The translations under genes and the position numbers were made by a program. Source: Macrostomum lignano (lineage: Eukaryota). From it: 64,000 nucleotides of DNA. The stretch covers positions 310,001 to 374,000 of the forward strand of contig NIVC01000939.1 of the NCBI GenBank assembly GCA_002269645.1. Direction: 5' to 3'. This document shows, piece after piece, positions 12,359 through 24,330 of the stretch. Each line of letters opens with the position of its first letter. Positions within the stretch are counted from its first letter, which is position 1. The notes beneath the pieces are model-generated. The model had not been told where the DNA came from. It searched no databases and worked only from the letters and a program-made list of their open reading frames with translations.

Positions 12359-14835
12359 AGTTACCCCATATAGTCTCGCCACTGCAAGAATCCCCTGCAC
12401 GAGTCCCCTCTGTCCCTACATAGCCAATGCGATCTAGTCCCAGTAGTGTCCCTTATCATCGGCTATGACTTCGAGATTGACAGCAAAAAGACACTAGTTG
12501 GCAGGTAAGTGCTAAGCCCCTCCAGTCGGAAGCCCGATTTCGAAAGTTCCGGTTTGGTGAGCCAGAACGCAAGGGCTGGTGGCAGCTGGTTAGTTAATCT
12601 GCGGATTAGCTGATCTCTACCTTCAAAATTCTCCCTGCTTGTCTCTCGCTGTCCCTCTCTTAGCCATAGGACCTAGACTGCTCGCCACAGATCAAGCTAC
12701 CATGGGGCTGACCATCTGACAGGAGTGGGGGGCCAGGACTCTGATTTATTTCTGAGACCTGTGGCCTGAAGGCTTCCCCAAAGGAGCCGAAAAGGCCGAA
12801 ACCCATCACAAAGGCGATTTATTTGAAAATGTGTTTGAATTTGTATTTAAAATTTGTCAAACAAGTAAAACAAAACCTGTTTTTAGCTAATCGGGCAAAA
12901 CGAACCCGTCACAGTTCATTCTCAAAGCAAACTTTCAACCAAGCTAAAAGCCGCGCGTGAAACTACGTTTCATGAAACGTATAATGAACAATCTTGTCGG
13001 CACTTGTTTAGCGCCGGTAATACATGCAGGCGAGATTTTAGCGTCATGAAGTCGCAATTTCGCGACTTTGATTTTCTGCTGTAGCTGTCCCGAAAACATC
13101 GATCGCCCTTTTTAGAGCTCCCTCAGCAAAATGGCAAGATTAACTGGATACAAATGATAAATTCTCTTACCCTGTGTTGTTTTTTCCTTACTCTCGTAGC
13201 AAAAGCAGCTATAATTCCTCCTAAATTTTGTATTAATAAGGAAAACAACCAAACAATTGTTTTTTATACTAGCCACGTATGCATGCTTATTGACGACAGG
13301 GCTTAAAATACATGTATACATGTAAAATCTTGTGCCTTCAATTCATGCAGGGAGTTCCAAGATTATCAAATACAGGTGTCATACAGCACATTAATGCACA
13401 CGCATACTAATCATTTCGACATACTCTGCAGTACAATGTTATGCTTCGGAAAAGAGATTCTTTTGTTTAAAATTTTATTTGTAATATGCAAACTGTACTA
13501 CTAGCTACAATTATCTAATTGGAATTGATTCTAGTAGACTTACTTAAATTCGTCCTTGATAAAAACAGATGCTTTTCGATGAATTGAAAATTCAAAATGT
13601 CTCGCAAACATTGCAAAGAATATTGAACAGATGGATTTATTTTGGTAGAATCGTGCTATATAAGAGATGGACATTATTTCAGGGATCAGGCTGCTAGCAA
13701 GTACCGTGAATTTAGATAAACTAAAAAAATGCTAGGAAATCTGTTTTTAAACTGATTACATTAGCCTAAAATACAATTATCCAAACGAATGCTGTATTCT
13801 TAGCTCTGGAAATTAGCTCTGAAAAAGTATTATATGTATTTTATTTTACTAGTCAATTTACAAAGTATTTACGCGCTGGTTTAAACTTAAAGTTTTATAC
13901 GAAAATTAAAATAATAAAAATATTGTTATGGAATCGGCTTTTCTTTAATCTTAATTGCATTGTAACAAATTAAAATAAGTTTTAAATATATAAAAAAACT
14001 AATATTGGCGTAAGACTATTTCTCGGCAAAAGCGCTTTTAACTTATCAATGGAATGCAGCACTGGAAAAGATGTACAAGAGTAACAGAGTTACAGTTAAG
14101 ACCAATGGATATGTTGAAGACATAGACATTGACACTCAATATTTTACGTAAATTGTATTTGAAAAATGAAAATTAGTGCCTAAAATATTTGGAAAAAAAC
14201 TTTTTTTGATGTCTTATTAACTTATTTTGCTTTAAAATCTTATCACTGACATTTCCCATATTAATCTTACCTAGTTTTAGTGTAGTATCTTTCAAGCAAC
14301 AGCAGTCTAAATTACCTGATTGTCATTCAACTCAATGCTAATTTTTTTATCCAAGTAAACCTTACTTGTCATCGTCAATTGTCATAAGCATTTAACTATA
14401 TTTTTATATATCATGGTGGCAACTTTCAGACAGCTATTAGTATTACTAAGGCCTAGGGGTAGGCCTAATATATAATGCTTGCATAATTTTTCATTAGAAT
14501 TTTATAAGGACTACAACTATTATTATTATTAATTAAATTTAGTTGAATGCCTAAAGCTCAGTTTGCTAATATTATAACTTATATAACTTTGCCTTATATT
14601 TATAAAGATTCTAGTAATCATTTGGGTTTTTCTTCAAAATTATTTTCTAGATTTTTTCAAACTTATAGTAAAAAAAGTAACAAGTAGGCCTAAACAATCA
14701 TTAAAAAGTCAACTAATTAGACCTAAGCCTAGATATAGCCTTATCAAATTAGTCTGCATCAATGAAAATTAGTCAATAGCTCATCTTAACCTTTTGTAGT
14801 ACTAACATATATAAGCCATATTACCTATGGCATAT

Positions 14836-15285
14836 GGGATATAAGATTTGCTAGCAGGAAATCAGCTAGCTAAAAATTTGCTAGCTAAAGTTTGCTAACA
14901 ATGATTTTGATATATAGAGATTATAGTTATCAATGGAAAATTGGCCACATTTAAAGATAAAATATACTAATAATACAATATATACAATATACTAAAATGT
15001 ATATCTTTAGCATAATTAAAAAATATTATTGGCAACTAGAGTTAACAAAATCAATTATTTATAAATATTTTTTCTTATTTTATATTATACAAGTGTCTTA
15101 AAGAATTATAGCTATATATATAATTTGTTTTTCTATTAGCAGATTTCAGTAAACAAAAAAATTGCTTGCAAAATTCTTGCTAGCAAAATTCAACTAGCAA
15201 AATTACTACTAGCATATTTCAGTTAGCAAAATCCTTGCTAGCAAATTTTGGCTAATAGATTTCCTGCTAGCAAACTTTTAAACCC
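14836..15285. mobile_element. PIF/Harbinger-like MITE
   Basis: Degenerate ~45-bp TIRs (TTTGCTAGCAGGAAATC...TTTGCTAGC and its reverse complement), GGG/CCC termini, flanking TAT/TAT 3-bp duplication. Confidence 0.55.
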
Positions 15286-15595
15286 TATCTAGGCCTATAT
15301 GTCACCATTCTATAAAAACAGAATGGTTTTTGTGGGACATGGCACTAAAAACATGCAAGTTCAAGCTGTTATATCATAAATTTTAGCCCACATTTTGTTG
15401 GCCTTTAAGCCCAAGCTTATTTTGACAGCTTTAAGCTTTAAGCATTAAGCTGCATTATTCTGGCTACAAAAGCAAAGTTCCAAGCTGCAGTTATTAGCAG
15501 CAGAAATGCAAAGCCAGACATGATTCTCTTATCTCTATCCTCCCCCCTGACAGCTTTTGTCTGGGCAGTCTTGTCGGCAGTTGTCATTGTGTGTT

Positions 15596-16200
15596 TTTGT
15601 GCTAGCTTTTATTTGTCTGATCTGACAGTTGCACTGCCGACAAAGACCTGCTGTTAGTCTGAGGCCAGTTTTTTGTGCTGGCTTTTATTTCTCTGATCTG
15701 ACAGTTGCACTGCCGACAAAGACCTGCTGTTAGTCTGTGGCCAGTTTTTTGTGCTGGCTTTTATTTCTCTGATCTGACAGTTGCACTGCTGACAAAGACC
15801 TGCTGTTAGTCTGTGGCCAGTTTTTTGTGCTGGCTTTTATTTCTCTGATCTGACAGTTGCACTGCCGACAAAGACCTGCTGTTAGTCAGTGGCCAGTTTT
15901 TTGTGCTGGCTTTTATTTCTCTGATCTGACAGTTGCACTGCCGACAAAGACCTGCTGTTAGTCAGTGGCCAGTTTTTTGTGCTGGCTTTTATTTCTCTGA
16001 TCTGACAGTTGCACTGCCGACAAAGACCTGCTGTTAGTCAGTGGCCAGTTTTTTGTGCTGGCTTTTATTTCTCTGATCTGACAGTTGCACTGCCGACAAA
16101 GACCTGCTGTTAGTCAGTGGCCAGTTTTTTGTGCTGGCTTTTATTTCTCTGATCTGACAGTTGCACTGCCGACAAAGACCTGCTGTTAGTCTGTGGCCAG
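15596..16200. repeat. 76-bp minisatellite, ~8 copies, just upstream of Axin
   Basis: Unit TTCTCTGATCTGACAGTTGCACTGCCGACAAAGACCTGCTGTTAGTC...; period 76 (15841 to 15917). Confidence 0.95.
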
Positions 16201-16308
16201 TGAGTACAGCTCATAAACCAGCAGCTTCGGACGGTCTCTCCCGCAGCTCGCTAGCAGCTCCGCCAGCACCAGGTCGGCACCGACTCCGCAGCCGTTGCTG
16301 CCGTCGTC

Positions 16309-16514
16309 ATGACCAACCCCGGCCAGGGCGGCGGCATCGGCGAATGTCGCTGGCTCGACGGCGGCCTGCAGGGCCTCCTGGACGATCCGGAGGGCGTCCA
16401 GCTGCTCAAGCAGTTCATGGAGCTCGCCTGGCCGAAGCAGGCCCGCGCCTTCGACTTCTACTTTGCCGTGCGAGGCCTCCGGGCCAAGCAGGAGCAGGGA
16501 TACAGCGACAGGAG
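16309..16514 (+). CDS. axin: Axin coding exon 1 (N-terminal part of RGS domain)
   Basis: WLDGGLQGLLDDPEGVQLLKQFM...AFDFYFAVRGL matches the Axin RGS domain. Donor AG|GTGGGC, phase 2. The true start could lie further upstream. Confidence 0.85.
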
Positions 16515-16561
16515 GTGGGCGGCGTCTCTTTAGGCTTTGACCAAACACCGCACTCAAGGAC

Positions 16562-17620
16562 CAATCCTTCAGGAACAATAGCCAATCCTTCAGGAACACT
16601 AGCCAATCCTTCAGGAACACTAGCCAATCCTTCAGGAACAATAGCCAATCCTTTAGGAACAATAGCCAATCCTTTAGGAACAATAGCCAATCCTTCAGGA
16701 ACAATAGCCAATCCTTCAGGAACAATAGCCAATCCTTTAGGAACAATAGCAATCCTTCAGGAACAATAGCCAATCCTTCAGGAACAATAGCCAATCCTTC
16801 AGGAACAATAGCCAATCCTTCAGGAACAATAGCCAATCCTTCAGGAACAATAGCCAATCCTTCAGGAACAATAGCCAATCCTTCAGGAACAATAGCCAAT
16901 CCTTCAGGAACAATAGCCAATCCTTCAGGAACAATAGCCAATCCTTCAGGAACACTAGCCAATCCTTCAGGAACAATAGCCAATCCTTCAGGAACAATAG
17001 CCAATCCTTTAGGAACAATAGCCAATCTTTCAGGAACAATAGCCAATCTTTCAGGAACAATAGCCAATCCTTCAGGAACAATAGCCAATCCTTCAGGAAC
17101 ACTAGCCAATCCTTCAGCAACAATAGCCAATCCTTTAGGAACAATAGCCAATCCTTCAGGAACACTAGCCAATCCTTCAGGAACACTAGCCAATCCTTCA
17201 GCAACAATAGCCAATCCTTAGGAACAATAGCCAATCCTTTAGGAACACTAGCCAATCCTTTAGGAACACTAGCCAATCCTTCAGGAACACTAGCCAATCC
17301 TTCAGGAACAATAGCCAATCCTTCAGGAACAATAGCCAATCCTTCAGGAACAATAGCCAATCCTTCAGGAACACTAGCCAATCCTTCAGGAACACTAGCC
17401 AATCCTTCAGGAACAATAGCCAATCCTTCAGGAACACTAGCCAATCCTTCAGGAACAATAGCCAATCCTTCAGGAACAATAGCCAATCCTTCAGGAACAC
17501 TAGCCAATCCTTCAGGAACAATAGCCAATCCTTCAGGAACACTAGCCAATCCTTCAGGAACAATAGCCAATCCTTCAGGAACAATAGCCAATCCTTCAGC
17601 AACAATAGCCAATCTTTCAG
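16562..17620. repeat. 21-bp minisatellite in Axin intron 1, ~50 copies
   Basis: Unit CCAATCCTTCAGGAACAATAG. Confidence 0.97.
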
Positions 17621-17689
17621 CACTGCGCTAACTTAGAATTCATTTCAATCTGCATTTCAAATCATTCAATGCCCGGCCTCGCCCCCAAG

Positions 17690-18145
17690 GTGTCGCCGCG
17701 TGGTTCTGGCCATAGACAGGCGCTACATTCGCCGCGAGGAGCACCTGCCTATCAGCGCGGCGGCGCGGCAGAGCATCCACGAGCGACTGCAGGCCGGCGA
17801 CGACTGCGACGCCAGCGTGTTCGACTGCGCTGTGCAGGAGGTGGCGCAGTTCCTGGCGCACCGGGTCTATCCCAGCTTCGCTCGCTGGTGGGGCGAGCGC
17901 GGCGGCGGCTCTGGATTCGAGCTCGCGACCTCCTCCGCTGCCGCGGCCGCCGCCACTGCTGACGTAGTCGGTGGCGGCGGGGCGGCGTCAGCGGCCGCAG
18001 CGCGCAACGCCCGGGCGAGCTCCGTGCCGCGGTCGCGGTCCTGCCACAGCGGCGGCGGCGGCTCCCTGGACCTCACAAGCCGCAACCTCATGGCCACCGT
18101 ACGGGAGCGGGGCGCCGCTGCCGCCTTTACTGCCGACTGCGCTGG
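17690..18145 (+). CDS. axin: Axin exon 2 (C-terminal part of RGS domain)
   Basis: Acceptor CCCCAAG|G restores the frame: CRRVVLAIDRRYI...VFDCAVQEVAQFLAHRVYPSF. Donor GG|GTAAG, phase 2. Confidence 0.88.
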
Positions 18146-18304
18146 GTAAGGAGCTTCACGAACGACTGACTACTCCGTTTCCAGCTCTCCAGTTGCTGGG
18201 CCAGCCTCCCAGATCCTCAGTTGCTGGGCCAGCCTCCCAGATCCTCAGTTGCTGTTGGCCAGCGCATGCCGCTGCAAGCTGTTATTCACTCGAATCCCCC
18301 GCAG

Positions 18305-18877
18305 GCTGGGCAGGGCCGGCCTGGCTCTCCCATACTACGTGGGCAGCTCGCTGTCCGCCGCCTCCCTGCCGGACTCGCTGCCGCAGACGGCCTCACTGTC
18401 GTCGGACGCGCCGACCACCACTACCTCGGACACGCAGTCGCTGCTGACCGACACTGGCAGCGGCAGTCTCGAGGCCGCCCGCGCCGCCGTCGCCAGTCGG
18501 CGGAGAAGGCGGGCCGTCGCAGCAGCTGCCGCAGCAGCCGCCGTCGCGCCGCCCCAGACGTTGTCGTCCTCAGCGACGGCCGCCTGCGACGCCACTTCGA
18601 ATCCGCCAGCCTTCGCCAGGCTGCTGTCCGACAAACTGCAGCAGCTGCTGCTGCTCGGCCAGGTGGCCGGCTCCACCGGTGGCGGCGACTCCGCGGTTAC
18701 CCCGCCAGCCGCGGCCGTCAAAGCCGACGGCTCGCAATCTCCGTCACAGCAGCAGCCGCTGCCCCAGCCGTCGGCTCCCCCGGCGCGCGACCTGCTGAAC
18801 GAGCCTTGGGCCCGGCGGATCATCGGCCGGGTGATGCAGAGCAGCTCGTCTGACACGCCTGAGCAGATCTTAGACAG
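18305..18877 (+). CDS. axin: Axin exon 3 (SLSSDA region, GSK3-binding helix)
   Basis: Acceptor CCCGCAG|G. Contains PYYVGS, TASLSSDA, NPPAFARLLSDKLQQL and TPEQILDR. Donor AG|GTGAG. Confidence 0.88.
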
Positions 18878-18914
18878 GTGAGGCTAATGGCTGTCCCGTT
18901 AGTGCTGACTGCTA

Positions 18915-19378
18915 CAGGTGTGTGATCACTGTCTGACAGGTGTGTGATCACTGTCTGACAGGCGTGTGATCACTGTCTGACAGGCGTGTTGTCACTATCT
19001 GACAGGCGTGTGACCACTATCTGACAGGCGTGTGATCACTGTCTGGCAGGCGTGTTGTCACTATCTGACAGGCGTGTGACCACTGTCTAACAGGCGTGTG
19101 ACCACTGTCTGACAGGCGTGTGATCACTGTCTGGCAGGCGTGTTGTCACTATCTGACAGGCGTGTCCGTGTGACCACTGTCTAACAGGCGTGTGACCACT
19201 GTCTGACAGGCGTGTTGTCACTATCTGACAGGCGTGTGACCACTGTCTGACAGGCGTGTTGTCACTATCTGACAGGCGTGTTGTCACTATCTGACAGGCG
19301 TGTGACCACTGTCTGACAGGCGTGTTGTCATTGTCTGGCAGGCGTGTGACCACTGTCTGACAGGCGTGTGATCACTGA
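18915..19378. repeat. 22-bp minisatellite in Axin intron 3
   Basis: Unit CTGTCTGACAGGCGTGTGACCA with variants. Confidence 0.95.
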
Positions 19379-19556
19379 CGTGGGGTTTCTGATAGCTGCT
19401 GGATTTTTGCCTGAAATTTTTATGAAAATGATATTTCCGTGTCAAATTGTTTTCTACATTTTTCTACAGCCTACTTGTGAGTAGGTGTATGAGCATATTG
19501 CCGATTTGACATCAAGTTTTCCTATTGGCTTTAACTTTCTCTACCGCCCCGTCCAG

Positions 19557-20121
19557 ACACGTGCACGAAGTCCTTGACCAGCGGGCCAGCGCGCCTCACT
19601 CGATATCCGATCCGAACCTGCTGGTTTATCACCATCACCATCACCACCACATCCTGCGAGGCGGAGGTCGCAGCGGCGGCCGCGGACGCAGCGGCAGCAG
19701 TGGCGGCATCGGCGTCGTCGGCAAGCGCAGCGGAGCAGCGGCGCTTGGCGCCTCCACCAGCTGCAGCTCCTCCGCCGCGACCTCCGCCGCTGTCCCCGGC
19801 AGCGCCGCCGCTGCCGTCTCAACAGCTGCGGCCGCGATGGCGGCGGCCCCCTCAACTGCGGACTCCGGCTTCGGCGGCACCGTCTCCAGCCGGTCCCGCT
19901 TCGGCTTTGGAGACGTCGCCTCCGCGGCAGCCGCCACCGCCACCTCCGCCACGGCCGTCCCCGGCCGGCAGCTGCACGAGCGAGTAGCTCTGCACGCCTC
20001 GTCTCAGGCTGGCGGCATGTCGTTGCCAAGGCAACCGTTGGCCTCCGACTTGAACATGCCGGTACTCGACCGGCCGCACACCGACAATGTCATTGAGGAG
20101 GCCAGGCGGCGCCTGCAGATG
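19557..20121 (+). CDS. axin: Axin exon 4 (end of beta-catenin-binding motif, His-rich tract, EEARRRL)
   Basis: Acceptor GTCCAG|A gives ILDRHVHEVL. Contains HHHHHH and NVIEEARRRLQM. Donor ATG|GTGAG, phase 0. Confidence 0.88.
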
Positions 20122-20128
20122 GTGAGCC

Positions 20129-21040
20129 TCTGACACACTTGAAACACTGCTCTGACACACTTGCAACACTGCTCTGACACACTTGCAACACTGCTCTGAC
20201 AAACTTGCAAGGCTGCTCTGACACACTTGCAACACTGCTCTGACACACTTGCAGCACTGCTCTGACACACTTGCAACACTGCTCTGACACACTTGCAACA
20301 CTGCTCTGACAAACTTGCAAGGCTGCTCTGACACACTTGCAGCACTGCTCTGACACACTTGCAGCACTGCTCTGACACACTTGCAGCACTGCTCTGACAC
20401 ACTTGCAACACTGCTCTGACACACTTGCAACACTGCTCTGACAAATTTGCAACACTGCTCTGACACACTTGCAACACTGCTCTGACACACTTGCAACACT
20501 GCTCTGACAAACTTGCAACACTGCTCTGACACACTTGCAACACTGCTCTGACAAACTTGCAGCACTGCTCTGACACACTTGCAACACTGCTCTGACACAC
20601 TTGCAACACTGCTCTGACACACTTGCAACACTGCTCTGACACACTTGCAACACTGCTCTGACACACTTGCAACACTGCTCTGACACACTTGCAACACTGC
20701 TCTGACACACTTGCAGCACTGCTCTGACACACTTCCAGCACTGCTCTGACACACTTGCAACACTGCTCTGACACACTTGCAACACTGCTCTGACAAACTT
20801 GCAACACTGCTCTGACAAACTTGCAACACTGCTCTGACAAACTTGCAACACTGCTCTGACACACTTGCAACACTGCTCTGACACACTTCCAGCACTGCTC
20901 TGACACACTTGCAACACTGCTCTGACACACTTCCAGCACTGCTCTGACACACTTGCAGCACTGCTCTGACACACTTGCAGCACTGCTCTGACACACTTGC
21001 AGCACTGCTCTGACACACTTCCAGCACTGCTCTGACACAC
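20129..21040. repeat. 22-bp minisatellite in Axin intron 4, ~41 copies
   Basis: Unit CTGCTCTGACACACTTGCAACA. Confidence 0.97.
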
Positions 21041-21130
21041 TGCCTGACGCATTTCCAATGCATAGCTGGCGGCGCATGCCCGACAGATCTCGGGCGCATG
21101 TCTGTCTGTGCTGATCTATCAAACCTGCAG

Positions 21131-21460
21131 CCGCTAGTCCCCCACCGCCGCTTCCAGATGGCGCCACCCTCTCAGCAGACTCCGCAGCCGCCTCAGCAGC
21201 AGCCGCAGGCGCAGCTGACCGTCGGGTATTTCTTCTGCGGCGACTCGGTGCCGTTCCGTCACGACTGGCCGCAGCCGGAGATCAGCCTGGCGCAGTTCAA
21301 GCGCCTGCTGCCCAAGCGCGGCGCCTATCGCTACTTTTTCAAGAAGCGCTCCGACGAATTCGACACTGGCGGCGCCGTTTTCGAAGAGGTGACGGCGGAT
21401 GGCGACCTGCTGCCCCTGTGGGAGGGCAAGGTGGTGGGCAAAGTGGAGCGCGTGGAGTGA
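21131..21460 (+). CDS. axin: Axin exon 5 (DIX domain) and stop; spliced CDS 2130 nt, 709 aa
   Basis: Acceptor CTGCAG|CCG. LTVGYFFCGDSVPF...ISLAQFKRLLPKRGAYRYFFKKRSDEF...VFEEV...LLPLWEGKVVGKVERVE*. All four intron phases are mutually consistent. Confidence 0.93.
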   Translation, partial: PLVPHRRFQMAPPSQQTPQPPQQQPQAQLTVGYFFCGDSVPFRHDWPQPEISLAQFKRLLPKRGAYRYFFKKRSDEFDTGGAVFEEVTADGDLLPLWEGKVVGKVERVE

Positions 21461-21669
21461 CTGCCTGTCATTTCCTCTGTACTTTATCACCTGTAGCTTG
21501 TGTTTGTCGGGCTGCTCTTTTTTATGTCCACAGTCCCCCATAATCCTCTATAATCCCCTATAATACTCCGTTATTCTCCGTAATCTTCTGTCCTTTATAA
21601 CCCTAACCATGACCCTATTCTGCCAGGAGTATGAACACTAGTTTGTCAGGAGTACATTTATGCCCACCA

Positions 21670-22577
21670 ATCTGTCAGGAGTGTGACCCCTAATCTGTCA
21701 GGAGTATGCCCCCTAATCTGGCAGGAGTATGCCCCCTAATCTGGCAGGAGTATGACTTCTAATCTGTCAGGAGTATGACACCTAATCTGTCAGGGAGTAT
21801 GCCCCCTAATCTGTCAGGAGTATGCCTCTTAATCTGTCAGGAGTATGCCTCTTAATCTGTCAGGAGTATGCCTCTTAATCTGTCAGGAGTATGCCTCTTA
21901 ATCTGTCAGGAGTATGACTTCTAATCTGTCAGGAGTATGAACACTAGTTTGTCAGGAGTACATTTATGCCCACCAATCTGTCAGGAGTGTGACCCCTAAT
22001 CTGTCAGGAGTGTGACCCCTAATCTGTCAGGAGTATGACTTCTAATCTGTCAGGAGTATGACACCTAATCTGTCAGGGAGTATGCCCCCTAATCTGTCAG
22101 GAGTATGCCTCTTAATCTGTCAGGAGTATGAACCTTAATCTGTCAGGAGTATGACTTCTAATCTGTCAGGAGTATGACCCTTAATCTGTCAGGAGTATGA
22201 ACCTTAATCTGTCAGAAGTATGACTTCTAATCTGTCAGGAGTATGACACCTAATCTGTCAGGGAGTATGCCCCCTAATCTGTCAGGAGTATGCTCCTTAA
22301 TCTGTCAGGAGTATGAACCTTAATCTGTCAGGAGTATGCCTCTTAATCTGTCAGGAGTATGCTCCTTAATCTGTCAGGAGAATGACCCCCAATCTGTCAG
22401 GAGTATGCCCCCAATCTGTCAGGAGTATGCCCCCAATCTGTCAGGAGTATGCCCCCAATCTGTCAGGAGTATGTCCCCAATCTGTCAGGAGTATGCCCCC
22501 AATCTGTCAGGAGTATGCCCCCAATCTGTCAGGAGTATGACCCCTAATCTGTCAGGAGTATGCCCCTAATCTGTCAG
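21670..22577. repeat. ~23-bp minisatellite downstream of Axin
   Basis: Unit AATCTGTCAGGAGTATGCCCCCT with variants; includes a larger block duplication. Confidence 0.95.
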
Positions 22578-23374
22578 CATGGTCCCTATCGGCCATAAAG
22601 CTGTTTCGCGGTGGATTTCGCAATCCCGGGCTGCGGCCGAAGCGGCCTTAATTGTTCTGCAGGGAGGCTTCGCTGCAGATTTCTCTGTTAATCTTTTAGC
22701 ATACAATTGTATGTTGCGTTTCTTCTGCAATTTCGCTTTTTAAATAAGAAACCTATATGCATAGAGTAGTGAGCATTTTATCAGTTTGTTTTTAGAATAA
22801 AACAAAGATTGCTCTTTGTTTCAATAACTGTGCAATCTTTGACCTTGACGCGTCGGTTTGCTGGCCAAATAAAAAATAGAAAAGGTCAGCGCCTTTTCTC
22901 TGTGCCTTCTGCCTGCTGCCAAGGAGCTCTGCACGTTTGCGGGCCGAGCGGCTCTCGCCTCCCCACGGCTGTTTCGAATCTGGGGAATACTTGCAAATTG
23001 TTTTGTTTAGCCTGGACTTTCGTGTTCTGCACGCAGATCTCTCGCGAGTCTGTTCGAACAGCAAGAGTTGCAGGCCTGCTCAATCGGATCTTTGCGAACG
23101 CCACTCGTAGATCGAGTTTGCGTTGTTTCTTCAGATTTGTGAATCGGAATTTTGTTATAATTTGTAGCGTCTTTTTGTTAATCTGCAGTATCCACTGCAG
23201 TATCTCAGCGACTGCTCTCGCATGCAAACCGCCTCCTCTGCTTCTTAATCTGTCACAGCCCTGCTTGCTCGCCTGTCAAACTTTACCTCCTCGCCTGTAG
23301 ATTTTGCCTCTGCCTGCTGCTGCACTTCTGCTTTGGGAGGCAGCTTTTACCTTTGCCGTGCTTCTTGTGTCCCC

Positions 23375-23690
23375 TGTGTCCTGTCCACTGTGTCCCGGTG
23401 TCCTGCCCATTGTATTCACTGTGTCCTGGTGTCCTGTCCACTGCGTCCTGTCCACTGTGTCCTGGTGTCCTGTCCACTGCGTCCTGTCCACTGTGTCCTG
23501 GTGTCCTGTCCACTGCGTCCTGTCCACTGTGTCCTGGTGTCCTGTCCACTGTGTCCTGGTGTCCTGTCCACTGTGTCCACTGTGTCCCAGTGTCCTGCCC
23601 ATTGTATTCACTGTGTCCTGGTGTCCTGTCCACTGCGTCCTGTCCACTGTGTCCTGGTGTCCTGTCCACTGTGTCCTTCCACTGTGTCCT
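23375..23690. repeat. Compound TGTCC-rich minisatellite
   Basis: Interleaved GTGTCCTG / TGTCCACT units. Confidence 0.9.
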
Positions 23691-24330
23691 GCGCTCCCCT
23701 CTGATTCCCCACCTTGAGCTCGCGTTTACCTCGATGAAGATCTGGCAGTGCCTGGCGAATGGCCAGACCATTGCCGGTTGCTGGCACCATCTCAAATTGA
23801 AGCTGCTGTACCAGCGAATATTCTCAGCTTATAATAGCATTTTAACGGCGTAATAAATTATTAAAGATGATAACTTAAAATTCTTCTGCGCTGCCTTGTG
23901 TGAATATATTGTAGTGCTATATGATCTAAAATAATTTATAATTAAATAAATATATGCTTATTCCACAGATACCGCGGGTCTCTGTGATCAGTCTGTTGCA
24001 AAATGGATCAATTCCATGCAATACACTGTACATCTGAGACTGATTTCTTCACCTTAGATTTATACAAGGTTGAAGGACCACGCGTTGTATCGATACAACG
24101 GTAACTTTTAGTGGTCCATGGATTTACATGTATATCGTTAAGAAATTAACGATGGTAACTTGAAAAAACAAAACCTACGTTTCAGGTTATTCAGAAAATT
24201 TTATTCCTTTCTTTGATGCCTCCCCAATGGGGATTGCTAGTAGGAATCTAATGAATGAGAGATAAAGCGTATCGGAGCTGACTGCATTAAGTAATATACA
24301 TGTTTGTGAGAAGGCTATGGACAGTTACAT

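Larger units (their letters stand above)
7610..12913 (-). mobile_element. Decayed Ty3/Gypsy LTR retrotransposon
   Basis: Both LTR-like ends begin TGTGACGGGTTCGTTTTGCCCGAT on the minus strand (at 12913 and 7803; ~45 bp, 2 mismatches). Polypurine tract AGGGAGGCGAG (7804-7814) abuts the 3' copy. Pol fragments lie between them in RT-RNaseH-IN order. Confidence 0.75.

Noticed and set aside
16186-21167. Long minus-strand ORFs (342, 291, 415, 387 and 322 aa), and similar ORFs at 303-696, 4332-4973, 5623-6268 and 23276-23853
   Set aside because: They are translations of stop-free minisatellites, open in several frames at once.
15596-22577. Regularly spaced repeats as CRISPR arrays (also 316-595, 25501-29234, 60912-61708)
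   Set aside because: Units are head-to-tail with no unique spacers, there are no cas genes, and the context is eukaryotic.
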